A stretch of 64,000 bases of DNA, from positions 90,024,001 through 90,088,000 of the forward strand of contig NC_043003.1 of NCBI RefSeq assembly GCF_006345805.1, written 5' to 3'. The stretch's first letter is position 1. Each line of letters opens with the position of its first letter. The translations under genes and the position numbers were made by a program. This stretch comes from Octopus sinensis (lineage: Eukaryota). The notes beneath the pieces are model-generated. The model was not told the DNA's origin, made no database searches, and was given only the letters and a program-made list of their open reading frames with translations. Below, in pieces: positions 15,401 through 29,482 of the stretch.

Positions 15401-18400
15401 TTAGAAACTCTAGAGACATACAACCAGATCAATACTTTCTGTCAGTCACTTGCCATATCTTAAATGCATTGTTTTTCTGGGAATTGATACACTAAATCGT
15501 TGATTATCCTTGTTTCCAAAAGCTTTGGTCAACTATTTTCAATTCAGTATCTCTACTACCTGTGGATATGCTTATAAAATCAAAAAGCAGTGCAGTCCTA
15601 TGACATTGGAGGCTGATAGGAGCTATTAAAAAAACATGATTTTCTTCATTGCATCACTTCAGAGCAACCTGCTTGAAAGAAAAGATGGTTGCAGCTGGAA
15701 TACTTTCAATCATAAGTTTGTTCAATTAGGGCTAATCTGGGGTTAGTCAACAGCAACGACAACCAACATGTAAATAGTTATCACAGATCTTGTCAATTGG
15801 TACAGTAGCCAAAAACAAAAAGGGAATGTAAATATATATGTTTTCAGCCCAACTTGTTACAGACGAGTTTTCACACTACAATCATCATCATTTAATGCCT
15901 ATGTTCCATGCTGGCATGGGTTGGATGGTCTGATGGGTTGGAGAACTGCATTGTGCTCTAGTGTTTACTTTTGCATGGTTTCTGCAACTCTTACTAATGC
16001 TAACCTATTTACAGCATGTACTGGGTTCTTTGTTTGTGGCACCGGCACTAGTGAGGTCAGCATGCTGGCTATAAGATATAGATTCTCTTCAACTGACTAG
16101 AGACTCAGTAGAGAGGGAGGCTGTTTTATGCTGGGTGATGAGGAGTTAAAGTATGAAAATAATGTCAAGAACAGAATGGGTTTCTTGCTGTAGAAGAGCC
16201 CTATGGCCACTCACCTTAAAGTAGAGTGGGAGTGGCTGGGGTGGTAAAGAGTAGCAGAATAGTAAAAATGATAGTAGACAGAGGAAGGATGAGAGAATAT
16301 GAGAGAAAGAGAAACAACGTGTGGTTGGATAGGTTACAAGAGTGCAAGAGAGGTGAGGCAAAGGTTGTGCATAAGATGTAAGGTGATGGAAGAGGAGTTA
16401 TCTAAAAGATTACGGATTTCTGTGTATTTCTATATTCTATTTGTGCTATAACATTTTATCTGATGGATTTCTCTAAGTAAAGAGTAAGAAATTATGAAAG
16501 ATATAAAAAGAAAAATGTACCAAATTCTTCTTCAGGTAGACGGACAAATTTCTTTCCTTCTAATACAAAAGATTCCATTTGATCAAGGTCTTCATTCCAC
16601 TCTTGAGATAATTGTTCCTGGTAAAAAATAGATGAAAGCAAATAGGTTTCATAAATGAAAATGATAATCACTGACTTAGGCAGACTTTAAAGTATTAGAT
16701 ATTAATAAGAGAGGAAAATGAGATGTTTCAATGCTCATAATTAAAACTAATTGCTTATTAAAGAAAAAAAAAGAATTGGAATTAAGAACTGATGTGGTGT
16801 GGTTATTGGACCTGGTTATGCAGGACCTGGTGCAAGTCCTGCTTCTCCTCAGTTTAAAGATTTGAGCAAAGTCGATTCCAACATCAGGACCAACTTCGTG
16901 CAGCATGAAGACACACTGGTAAAATGTTGCTCTTCTAAATGGAAACCTTACCTGTCATTGTGGTTTTGTGGCACGAAGCAAAGCAGGCCTTGCAGTCCAC
17001 CCAAGAAGACACATAGTAAATGATTTACAAGCACTCAAGCAAACTGAGTCCTGAACTTGTTCCATTTACCAAAAGGTTTGCAAGGCACAAGCAAACCTCA
17101 AGAGATACATTCATGTCCATATAACATAATTAATGCTTTATTTTACTGAATCCTCATTTGCCATTCACAACAAGAGAATCTATCATATATACATAAATGT
17201 ATGCATATGCGTGTGTGCACCACTGTATTGACGAGATTATTGGATGTTGTTATACACCACAGACAATTATGCACTTCACATTATTGTAGTCTTCGAATAT
17301 CACTTTGCATAGAATTAAATGAGGAGATGTGAATGGGTTTCTGTTATTTAATAAGTTTACAAAAAGAAAATTTTGTGAGTTTTTAAAGACAAAATTTGTT
17401 TACAAAATTTGAAACAAGTAATCATATCTGGTACAAATTATAAAATCATAATTCATAGAAATAAATTAAAAATTTTCTGTCAGTGATATAATATTTTGTC
17501 AAGAAGAGAAATAAAGACTGACTGGTATGTAAAATGCAATTCCGATTGAACTAGTTGTGTATAAGTTGTGAAAATAAGTTTTCTTGCTTTCTTCAAGGTA
17601 CTAAAAACTATATAAAAAAGAAGAGGTCGGAAATGCTAAGAGAACTAATATTAGAATACTTACTGCTTCTTCAAGTGACATAGCAGGTTGTCGTGGAATA
17701 AACAGAGCAGATAAATCTGTTTTGATTTTGTCTCTTTCCATTATCACCTGAAAGAAATATAAATTCATGAAAGATGAATTCAGATACCTTTAACTAAACA
17801 GTGCTTGTAGAAAACTTTAGATTAAATTTTACAATATTTGGTTTTAATGAGACTCAGGGTTGACTTCGGAAAAGAGTGTCTTAATGAAGTCAATGGCATA
17901 TAGCATGACTAGGGCACTTTCAGACCTGGAAGAGCTGATTCCTCTCTAAGTTTGACTACAAGAACACAGAGATCCAGAACAATTACTGCAAAGCAATTTA
18001 TTTGATGCTCAAATGATTGTCATAAAACTTTGGAAAAATTAATTGAATCTTCATCATATAAATGAGTAACTTCTCAGGTACAATGAGAACTCAGCTAATA
18101 CTGAGCAGATCTATGATCATTGTACCTCTTTAAGGGTACCCAGGAATACATTATCCAATGTATCTTTCTTTTTTCTTAATAGTAGGGTCTGATGTGAAGG
18201 ATATTAGGGTGTTACATTGAGTAGTGAAGGCATGTGATGTAGTGGTTAGAGTGTTGTACTCACAATCACACAATTATGATTTCAATTCCTAGACTGAGCA
18301 GTGCATTGTGTTCTTGAGCAAAACACTTCATTTCACATTGCTCTGTGATCACTTCAACACCTGATGCGTGGCACATGGTGCACCTTTACAGGTAATGTCC

Positions 18401-21400
18401 ATTTGATGGAAGGAGTGAGGTAATGTACAATACAAACATTTGATCACTATAAATAAATCATCTGTGCAGTTTGTTCACAAGAATTTGTAGGACACTCACT
18501 TTTCATTTACAAGGGGAGATTACACAATATCTAACAGATTAAGGTGATAACATAAGGGCTCTTTTGTTGGCATGAGGAGGAGGGATATAGGATTTCATGC
18601 CTGATGGAAACATTTTAAAAGGTTTCCCATAGGTCACCTCTTACATCAATGAAAACCTTTTAATAAAAATCAGTTAAATGGTTACAATTAGAAAACAGTT
18701 TGGTATCAGACAGGTTCTACCTACAGCACGATAACTTCTATTTTGTGCATAAATTTTTCTCTAATACACTTTGTTGATTTCACTTCATCACGATCATCAT
18801 CATCATCATCATCATTTAACATCCATTTTCCATGCTGGCATGGGTTGGATGGTTTGACTGAAAACTGGGTTTCAATCTGATTTGGCATAGTTTCTACAGC
18901 TGGATGCCCTTCCTAATGCCAACCATCCAAGAGTGTAGTGGGTGCTTTTTACATGCCACCAACACAGGTGCCAGTTACAAAACGCTGGCATTGAACACAA
19001 CTATGATCTCACTTGGCTTGACAGGTCTTCTCCAGCATGGCATATTACCAAAGGTCTTGGATATTTGTCATTGCCTCCAGGAGGCCCAAAGTTTGAAAGG
19101 TGCTTTTTACGTGCCAGTTATGCAACACTGGCATCAGCCACACTATGGTTTCACTTGACTTGATGGGTCTTCTCAAGCAGGGCATATCACCAAAGGTCTT
19201 GGTCATTTGTCATTGCCTCAGAGACCTTTGGCGATATGCTGTGCTTGAGAAGACCTGTCAAGCCAAGTGACGTCATAGTTGTGGCTGATGCCAGTGTTGT
19301 GTACCTGGCACATAAAGGCACCCATCATTATCATTTAGCTTATGTCATTCATGTTGTCATAGGCTGGACAGTTTGACAGTAACCAATGAACCAGATGACT
19401 GCACAGAACTCCAGCGTTTGCTTTTGCATGGTTTCTACACTTGGATGACTTTCCTAACACCAATCATTTTACTAAGTGGTGTTAGGAAAGTCATTCAACT
19501 GTAGAAATGTGTAAGTGGCTGAGCACTCCACAGAGTGCTGCTCAGCCACTTGCATGATACTTCCACGAGCAGGCTGCTTGTTCTGTTGATCAATTAATTT
19601 TACAGAGTGTACTAAGTACATTTTTTTCTGACACTAGCACAAGTAAGGTTACCAAATAACTTGTAAGAGAAAATCCCCTCAGCTGAGTTGAGGTGTAGTA
19701 CTGAAGGGGGTGGTTTTGTGCCAGATGTTGAGAGGTTGAAGTATGATAGGACAAGAACAGGTGTCTTGCTATGAAGGAAATACATGGCTTCTCTAGCTGG
19801 AAAGAGAAGAAAGAGCTGGTGAGGACATAACAACAAGGTACAAGGTGAATATAATAGAGAGAATAGGGCTTGAGAATCAGAAAGGGTGAGTGGGTAGGTG
19901 ACTTCACAATAACGTAAAAGAGGGTGACAGATGATTAGAGATGGAGATAGAGGTGGATAGACAAAGCAAATAGGGCACACAGGTGCATGTATTGTCAATA
20001 GTGACTAATAATTTCAAAAACTGAGTTGGAAAATTTAATCAGACTGCAAGTCTTTACCTTCATATCTGCACCTCTCCTAATGACTGATTCTGCAGACCTG
20101 GTATAGTCAACAGCAATGATGTCATCCCAACCAACAAATTTGGTTTTAAAAATCTGTAGTTCAGTTCTGAAATCAATTCAAAAGAATAAATTTATTATAA
20201 CACTAATGATATACAGGAAAAAGTTTTTATGTTCCAATATCATCATCACAGCTGTTACAAGCTAAATGGTTAAAATAGATATATGAAAAATTATCAATCT
20301 TAAAAAAAATTTTTTTACCAATATCATACCAAGATTTTCATAAATCAGGAAAGGAGAATGTATTAATAATTAATTAGTCATAAAGTTTCTGCTTAGTTCC
20401 TCACAATCTAGAGCAATCCAAAATTCAAGATATTGAAACTGAGTTTATTATTTTAAATAATGCACCAATTCAGTTATTTTCATATTTTAAAGAAACTTAA
20501 AGGAAAAAATTGAGGATGGAGATTCCCTTCAGGTTAATGGAACAGAGAAGAACATTGTACAAGACAAAGAATGAGAGGAAAAGACATATTTAGTGAACTG
20601 GATCCAACAGTGCTGAAGTTAAAAAAAAAAGTACATGATTTACATATGGCATCGTGGTTAAGAACGTGGGCTACTAACCCCAAGATTCCGAGTTCGATTC
20701 CAGGCAGTGACCTGAATAACAATAACAACATCGAAAAATACCTTGGGAATGAGAACCCAGGTTCGAAATTTCTTCAAGACACCTGATGGTTTTTGAATTT
20801 ATTAAAAGTACACTTAATTGGAAGATCATTGATATATTTGCTTCAATAATAAATGACTGTCAGGCTAATATGCAATACTTACAGAACACAATGGCCCTTG
20901 AAGTAGTATATTCGGTTAAGTTTATTGTTGTAGGCTGACACCCTATTGATAGAGCTAGCTGAAACTCTCACAACATCAATGACAAAATTTAATTTGTGAA
21001 CTTTGGAGACAATAACAAGGCAGATTAATCACTATGTCACCACACCATTAGAAATATGGCTTTGGGCTTTGAACTACCATGTCTGAAATCTTAGTTATAA
21101 GCATCAGTAAATATCTATAAATTAAGTAAATATTTATAGATTAAGCCATTATATTTAAGAGGGGAAAGTTTTAAAAAATGTCCAGATTATGACAATTCAA
21201 AAACCAGAACAATGTGCAACAGGGACAAACTGCTGACTTACCCTTCAAGACATCTTGTGACAGTCACAAAAGAAGGCCGTTTCAGCATACCGCAGACTTC
21301 TTGAGATAATTTCAAAGCTGCAGCACGAACAAGCCGAGTTGATTTCTTCCCTATCCTGTTAGTTAAGAAAAGTAGCAAGGAAATCCATTAAGTTATAATT

Positions 21401-22336
21401 CAGTATACATCAACATTAAATAAAATATGCTGTAAACTAAGGTTAATTCAGTTTCATGTAATACTTACCAGACAAATAAGTCTGTATTACAATCCAGGAT
21501 ATATACACATTTTGTATCAAGTAGCTTCTGTTCTAGTCGACCATGATGAACTTCAACTGAAATAACAGTGATGAATTGAAGAAGAAAAAAAGAAAATGTT
21601 TAAAAAAATAAACAAAATTAAAGATAGTTTTATTAAAGATTTTAAAAAATATTTTAAAACACCTTTATATCTTTATCTTGTTCCCATAACAATGATACAA
21701 ATTATTGGTGTATTAATTTAAAAAAGCTTTGAATAATATTACTGAAAGTAATTTAATTTTTTTCACAGTAGTGACTTCAGGAGCAAGTTGCGGTCAGTAC
21801 GATAAAGTAACAAACTGTTAACACAGTGACATGTACGCTTGTAGGGTCCCTACTTACAACTAGGCAGCTATTATGCAGACCATCACTCTTTCAGATGGAC
21901 TTTCTAAATCTCATCTCAGCAGAAGAGTTACTAGAGGTGGAATTAATACCTCAGTAATTTATTGATTAAAAGGAAATGTATGCAGCCTAATGATACATCA
22001 CATTTATACTGAACTCTGAAACTTAAAGTTTGAATAGTTGACACTTCCTTTTGGTACCCTAACATATGACAACATGTGAGGGATTTGTGTGGTTTAATGT
22101 CAGCAGGAAGTCAAACACATCAAAGCATTGTAACCAAATTTTCTAGATTTTTCTTCCTCATAACTTTTAGTTGTTTGGGAAGGTTTATATATTTACTTAT
22201 TCAATACTGCAATCAGTAAACAATTTCCCATCAGATAACTGGTTCATTACATTAGTTTCAAGACAGTGCCTGTAACATGGTACAAATGACTTTGTTGGAA
22301 TAGGACATGCTTTTTACCAAAACTTAATCTTTCACT

Positions 22337-22381
<45 letters not shown>

Positions 22382-25300
22382 GCTTTCTCACAGTTTCCAT
22401 CCATCAAATTCCACTCAAAGGTTATTGGTTAAGTTAAGGCTATGATGGAAAACACTTGCTCAAGGAAACATGCAGTGGGATTAAACCCACAACTACATGA
22501 TTGTAAAACAAACTTTTTCAGCACACAGCCATGCTTGCACTTTAATCCTTTCATTACCAACCCGGCTGAAACTGGCTCTGAGTACAAATGTCTTGTTTTC
22601 ATAAGTTTTGAATTAAAATCTTCCACCAAACCTTAGTCACAATTTATGTTCCTAACACTAGCTGAATGATAACTAAGTTATTTTACTAAATTCTTTGTTA
22701 TATTTAAAGTAATTGAAAGAAACACAGAGCATCTCAAAATAAATACAGTAACAAAAGGTTTAAAATGATTATAATCATAATAAAAAGATTGGTGATACGT
22801 GATGGCTGTGAAATCTAAGATAGTGAATTCTTGATAGTAAGCGGTATGGCTTGCAAATGTAAAGTCTAATTAATAACTTCACTTTTAGAGATAATGAAAT
22901 GTATTAGTATTGTTTTCATCTCTAAAAATAAGGTTTTCAGTCTGAAAAAGAATAATCTTCATGAATAATATCACTAATATTGCTTAACATACAGGTGAAC
23001 TAACTATCAATAATATTAGTAGCCTCATTAAACTGGTTCCCATGCTATCAGCAATAATTGCCAAACTGCAGCTTAATGTATTCAGAAAGGTGATAAGCTT
23101 TTATTAATAGGATTCTGTGTGAATGGAAATTAAATAAATTGATTAACAAACAATAAATAAGTATAGATGTTACCTTGTGGTAGTTCTAGATAACCTCTTC
23201 CAAGTCCCACACGATACAAACGAGGCTGGTGGGGTTCAAAATCAATTGGCACATGTTCCTGGAATTTAAAATTTGAACATTATAACTCACATAACAGAAA
23301 TACATTCATCATCATCATTGTTTTAGTGGCTACTTTTCCATGCTTGCATGGGTCAGTTGATACTACACGGGAAGAAAGTTTCTATCGGTTGGATGCCCTT
23401 CCTGACACCAACCCTCATCTGTTTCCAAGCAAAGTAACAATCTTCCAGTCTACTGAATAACATATAGCTTGGACATGGTTTGTTGAGAATTGGAAATAAA
23501 TGATACCATCTGAATAAGACTTTTGTTTACAACTAGCAAACAACCATGAAGACAAAGGGCAACATAAACTCACTCACATAAACTTGCATGTACACATTCA
23601 TACACAGAACATTTTATTTATCTACATATATGACACATCTGCTTTTCTTGGACTATTCTTTTCCTTCTCTCTGAACTTTCCCCTCTTTCTGATGAAGAGC
23701 CATGCTCAAAACATTACATCCACTCTTTTTTTCCATCTTAAACTTTCTCTGAGCATCAATCTAATATAGTCACTGTGTACATCCTTTTGACTTTTGTTGT
23801 TTTTCCTGTTTTTTTTTTTTCAATTTCGATTAGCCTACACACACACACAATATCTTTATTTATATACACATTTAATAACTATCAAAATTTCAGAATTGAT
23901 TATGATAATTACAGGTGAAAGCATAAAAAATTTAGGGATGAAAATTATTAAAAAAATGATACAACACATAGACATGGCTGTGTGGTTAAGAAATCTGCTT
24001 CCCAACCACATGGTTCTAGATTCAGTCTCAATGTATGATATCTTGAGCAAGAGTCTTAATATAGTCCAGGGCTGACCAAAGCCTTGAGTGTTGATTTTGA
24101 TAAACAGGAAATTAAAGAGCCTGTCATACAATTAATATCATTCATTTCCAATATTCTATGTAAACATGTCTGGCCAAGTGGAAATATTACTTTGCTTGGA
24201 AACATGTGAAGGTTGGTGACCGAAGGGACAACTAGCTGTAGAAAATCTGCCTCAATATGCTAGCATGGAAAAATGGATGTTAAAGCAAAGATGATGATTT
24301 TAGTGAATACCTTGCTAGATACTGAGAGAAGAAAGATACCACATTTTCCTAATTAGCCAAGATCTTCCAGTTTTTGGCAGTTTCACCAGATAACTTTTCC
24401 TCTTATTGTAGAAGATACAAGTACTGGGGACACAAAGTGTGAATACTTTGTGTTCCCCTCACCACTCTTATTGTCTGCAGTAAGGAGGAAACCAAATTAC
24501 TAATGGTGTCCAAATCCACATTCAGGACATCAGGTGGAACTCTGTCTGGGTCTGCTGTGGTACCATTTTTCAAGCATCTTTCAGGCTTATGTCATGTCCT
24601 TTGTAGTTGACTCACAGGCCAACTACAAATAACAAATGCATTCAGAGATCAGTGGTGGAATATGTGAGTCACATGTAATGTGAGGCAGGAGTGATGATGC
24701 TGTTAAGCAGTTAATGGGAATGCTCAGCTAAACCTGTTCTGATTTCTGCTTATTCACTGTCCCAATGTCTCATTCACTTGCCTGTATTCACTTGCGCAGT
24801 TTCTAGTTAAAACTCTTGAGATACTTAGGTTCCTCCAGTCTGTTCTTTTTTCTTTTTTTGTCTATTATTATTGATGACCTTGAAGATGATTGAATGGGTG
24901 ATGTACAAAGCTAGGCTTGTACCTACTCTTGTGCTTGCTCTTTTAGCAAGAGAAGCTTCTGGAGGATCTAGAATCCTGGTTCTCAAACAGGGTTCATATA
25001 AAATTCTTTAGGGGCATACATAAGCAAAACAGTAAATGGTGTCCATATTATTTTAAGGGTCACTTAAATTTTAATTTAGGTGTACTTATTGCAAAAAACA
25101 GCCAAATTTCTTTCTCAAACATTTTACCTAATTCAACCTACACAAATTAATGAGTGAAAAGCAAAATAGAAATTTTGAAAAAATGTGTTTACAGAACTAG
25201 TTTTTAAACATCAAATAGTAATGAAAGGGATCCATAGATAAAAAAATGGTTGAGAACCACTGATCTGAAGGATCTGAGAAATATTTGCTCACATATGCAG

Positions 25301-28300
25301 AAAAAAACAAACTATCAGAGATAGAAGTAAAAACCCCAGACTGAGAGCTAATGCTGGAAAGACAGAAATCACAGAAGTTCACCATAACAATGCTAGTTTT
25401 GTCATGGTTGGAAATCACAAATTGAACAAAGTGAAAGGTTTTATATATATATATCTAAGAGGCATGCTGTCTGCAAGTTGAAATACAAAGAGCATCAAAA
25501 TAAGGACATGAAAAAGTGAGTGTAGCCTGCAAACATTTAAAATTTTATCTAGAAAGCAAAGGCTCAGTTCAGACATATTAAGCAAAGAATATTCAATAGC
25601 AACATCAAATCCATCCTGCTTATATGGTGCCGAGTAATGGCAACTGAATACAAATATATTTAGAAAGCCTCAAAAATTCGTGAACAGGTACCGCAGAAAC
25701 ATCTTAAACATTAGGCATCCAGAGATTGTGAGTAATATAGAGCTCAAGGATAAAGCCAAAAAAGAAGTTACTGACCAACCAATTGTGAAATGTGAGATGA
25801 ATAAGACAATCAAGGATGACAAAGAACCATATGAAAGAAAAATACAGAAGAATGCTGTGAAGAGCTTCTGTTCTGCCAAGAACCCAAACAGATCATTATG
25901 ATGATGAACATAAATTTGATGAGGGTACAAATTTAGATATATACAAGACTTGTTAAAGAAGGCAATTTACAGATGAATGTTTTATTCCATTGCCCCACTG
26001 AAGTATGAAGACATGAAATTCATAAAAACGATCAGTATGTTGTTATTGATATGTTCTTATCAATATGGGTTCAGGGAGCATCACACTGCTGAAATGTGCT
26101 TTATTAAGATTTTGAGATGACTTCTTCATTACAGTCAATAAAGTAAAAAAATTACAGCTTGTTGATGAGTCAACAGATGATAGTTTTTGTCAGCAGAATG
26201 TTTCTGGTACTCAGTAGCTCTTAACAGATTACTTCAGCTAGTTACAAATAGGTATGAAAGCAGTAAACGCCAAAAACACTACATAACTAATGCAAATTCG
26301 AGGTGATGAATTCAAATCCTTCTATGGAATGTTGTAATGTGATAAATTGGCAAATACCTACACATAAATGTTTCTCAACAGCCCGAACGTTGTAAGTACC
26401 GAAAGAACCTCAGATACAGCTAACACTATGTAGAAAAGTCACTATATGAAGGTCACACAAACATATTTGTGGAGAAAAGTACAGTTAAAATTAGTTATAA
26501 ACGTAAGTCAATAATCTTAGGCTGATCTCTATTACAACTACAATTAACACTGTCACTCTTATCTTCTCTAGTACATTAAAGACTGTATTAACTCTTTAGC
26601 ATTTGAACCAGCTATATCCAACCAAAATATTCTACCTGTTTTTTGTTCAAACTGGCTAGATTTGGTCTCTCATACCTACCCTACAACGTCATTCTAAAAA
26701 TAAACACATCAAAATCTTAAAGCTATGAGGTAATGCATGCAAATAAATAAGTATTACATTTGACAGAGTAATCTGAATGTTAAAGGGTTAAACATATTTA
26801 TTTATAAATTCTGTCCCAGAAATGAAGCTTTCTAGAACATTTTCCCTACCTATATTTTCTTTCCCCAAACTGATCAAAAGAAGTTTAGGCCAAAATAGCA
26901 ATTTTATTAGCCTGGAAGGCTCACAAACTTATTGCCCTTCTTTCTCAGCTTAAAGAATAAAAAAAACAACTGTTCTAGAGGTGTACCAGGTTCACTCTGA
27001 CCTAGTGATCTGTTGATTAACTCACAAGATTAGATTGACTCTCGTTTCTACACAACTTAAGTCTAGCTACATACATATACAGAAATTTCTGATTTGTTAT
27101 CTGGGTGCACACTTGACCTACCAGGGTTAAACTGTCCAGGAAGAGGAGAACTATGTTGTTCATTGAGTTCATGGCAAACATTTGCATCAACTTTCTGCTA
27201 TCAACTTTTCCAAAAAGTGTGGCTAGTCTTGCACAACCCTTCACTACTGAAAGCAAATCATTCGCATAAGTAGTCTAATAGTTGACTGTTGGACCCTCAA
27301 ATGTCAAAATCAGTGAGAGAACCCACTATATAAACATCATCAGATATCAACTATATATGTTATTTTGTAAATATAGTTATGTTTTCGCTTTAGATATTAA
27401 CTATGGAAAATAGTGTAATATTGGGGCATGATGGAAAAAAAAAAAGGGTATTAGTACTTGTGGGATTTATTATTATATATACAAAATTTTCACTTGTCAC
27501 CATTTAACTTATGCAGAATACATACATCAGAATATTATATTGGGAGATCCCAAGATCAATAAACTAAGAAAATTTTTTTTAGTAGAGATGAAAATTTTAC
27601 TAAAATGAAACAATCTATTTAGAATATTAAGATTATATTTTGTTTTTAAGCTTGGGAATAAGAAAAAAAGAAAGGAACTAAGAAATCAAAATCAAAATAT
27701 TATGAAAGTTATTTTTAAAATATTAAGCTAATTAGTAGAAACATATAAAAAAGCAGTTTAATCAATTGAAAACTGACAAAAAAAAATTAAGCAAACATAT
27801 ATGTTCACATGTGAGTGCATTGTGTAGACACAGATACAAACACAAGTTTTGGAATTTAGAAACTTAATCACAAGACTTGCTTCTAGTTCTCCAAGGAATG
27901 TTTGTTTCTCTTTTTATATAATTTTGAATGTGTTGGAATATGTAAAGCAGAAATCTAAGAATAGTAATAGAAATGGTATAGTAATAAAGGTAAAAATTGA
28001 AATGATCTCAAGAAATTTAAGATGACAAAAACCAACTTCCAAATAATTACTGTATTAATCTCAGTGAATAAAGCATCATGCTAATTTTTGAAATTTCCTA
28101 GAAACCTGATTGTAGCAAAAAAACAAGACCATGCATGACTTTATGTGTGAGCACACACACCAAGACATCAATATCTTTAGTACTGTTTGTTGACTGTAGT
28201 TATAGTTATTCCTTAAATGAGGTTGAATAATACAGAATACTCTTGAAAGAAGTAAGACACTTTTGAAGATATTGCAAATTTGAAGACATCCTAGACAGTT

Positions 28301-29042
28301 TCAATTCAAGCCATACGAAGTTACACATGAAGTAATTCTCAAGATTACTCAGAAACATTACAAGAAAAGACAAAAAACAAACTTCCATTAGCATTAATTC
28401 TTAACAGTTTCAAGATTTTGTCAGAATATTTTTAGTCTTAGTAAACTGAAATCATTAAATTAAAATATGTAGTAAAAGCCAGGAATTAATAAACAGTAAT
28501 GATACATGCTGAAGATATGGCCAAATGTTGAAATAACATGCAATGGTTTTAACATTCAAAGATGGCACACTGCTTACCTTCAAATCTAAAGCTTCATTTC
28601 TTGCTAACCTCTACATTAGAAGAAATAAATGCTATTTAACAGAATGTGTATGTATATATATATATATATATATATAAAGGAAATGAAGAAAATGCTGACA
28701 AAATAATTTAAGTAAGGGAGAGTGTATTTAATTAGGTGAAAGTTCTTTTTACCGGTTGCGCATTTGTTATGCTTATCAAAAGATATTTTTTTAAGAGAGA
28801 TAGAGTTCCTTTCTGATAGATTTTTTTCTCTTATCTGACAGATAAGAGCAAAAAATCTATCAGAAAGGAACTCTATCTCTCTTAAAAAAATATCTTTTGA
28901 TAAGCATAACAAATGCGCAACCGGTAAAAAGAACTTTCACCTAATTAAATACACTCTCCCTTACTTAAATTATTTTGTCAGCATTTTCTTCATTTCCTTT
29001 TTTTTATATATCACAACTCGTGTTCCACATCTCCTTTTTTAA

Positions 29043-29073
<31 letters not shown>

Positions 29074-29441
29074 ATATAAAGGAAATGAAGAAAATGCTGA
29101 CAAAATAATTTAAGTAAGGGAGAGTGTATTTAATTAGGTGAAAGTTCTTTTTACCGGTTGCGCATTTGTTATGCTTATCAAAAGATATTTTTTTAAGAGA
29201 GATAGAGTTCCTTTCTGATAGATTTTTTTCTCTTATCTGACAGATAAGAGCAAAAAATCTATCAGAAAGGAACTCTATCTCTCTTAAAAAAATATCTTTT
29301 GATAAGCATAACAAATGCGCAACCGGTAAAAAGAACTTTCACCTAATTAAATACACTCTCCCTTACTTAAATTATTTTGTCAGCATTTTCTTCATTTCCT
29401 TTTTTTTATATATCACAACTCGTGTTCCACATCTCCTTTTT

Positions 29442-29482
<41 letters not shown>

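Noticed and set aside
20647-20715. Functional tRNA gene
   Set aside because: Acceptor stem missing, arms imperfect, continues into repeat body; treated as a SINE head.
28505-28541. CTGAAGA...GAAA hammerhead candidate
   Set aside because: No stem II and no room for stem III.
28616-29314. Two near-identical 91-98 aa ORFs
   Set aside because: By-products of the duplicated palindrome; no domain features.
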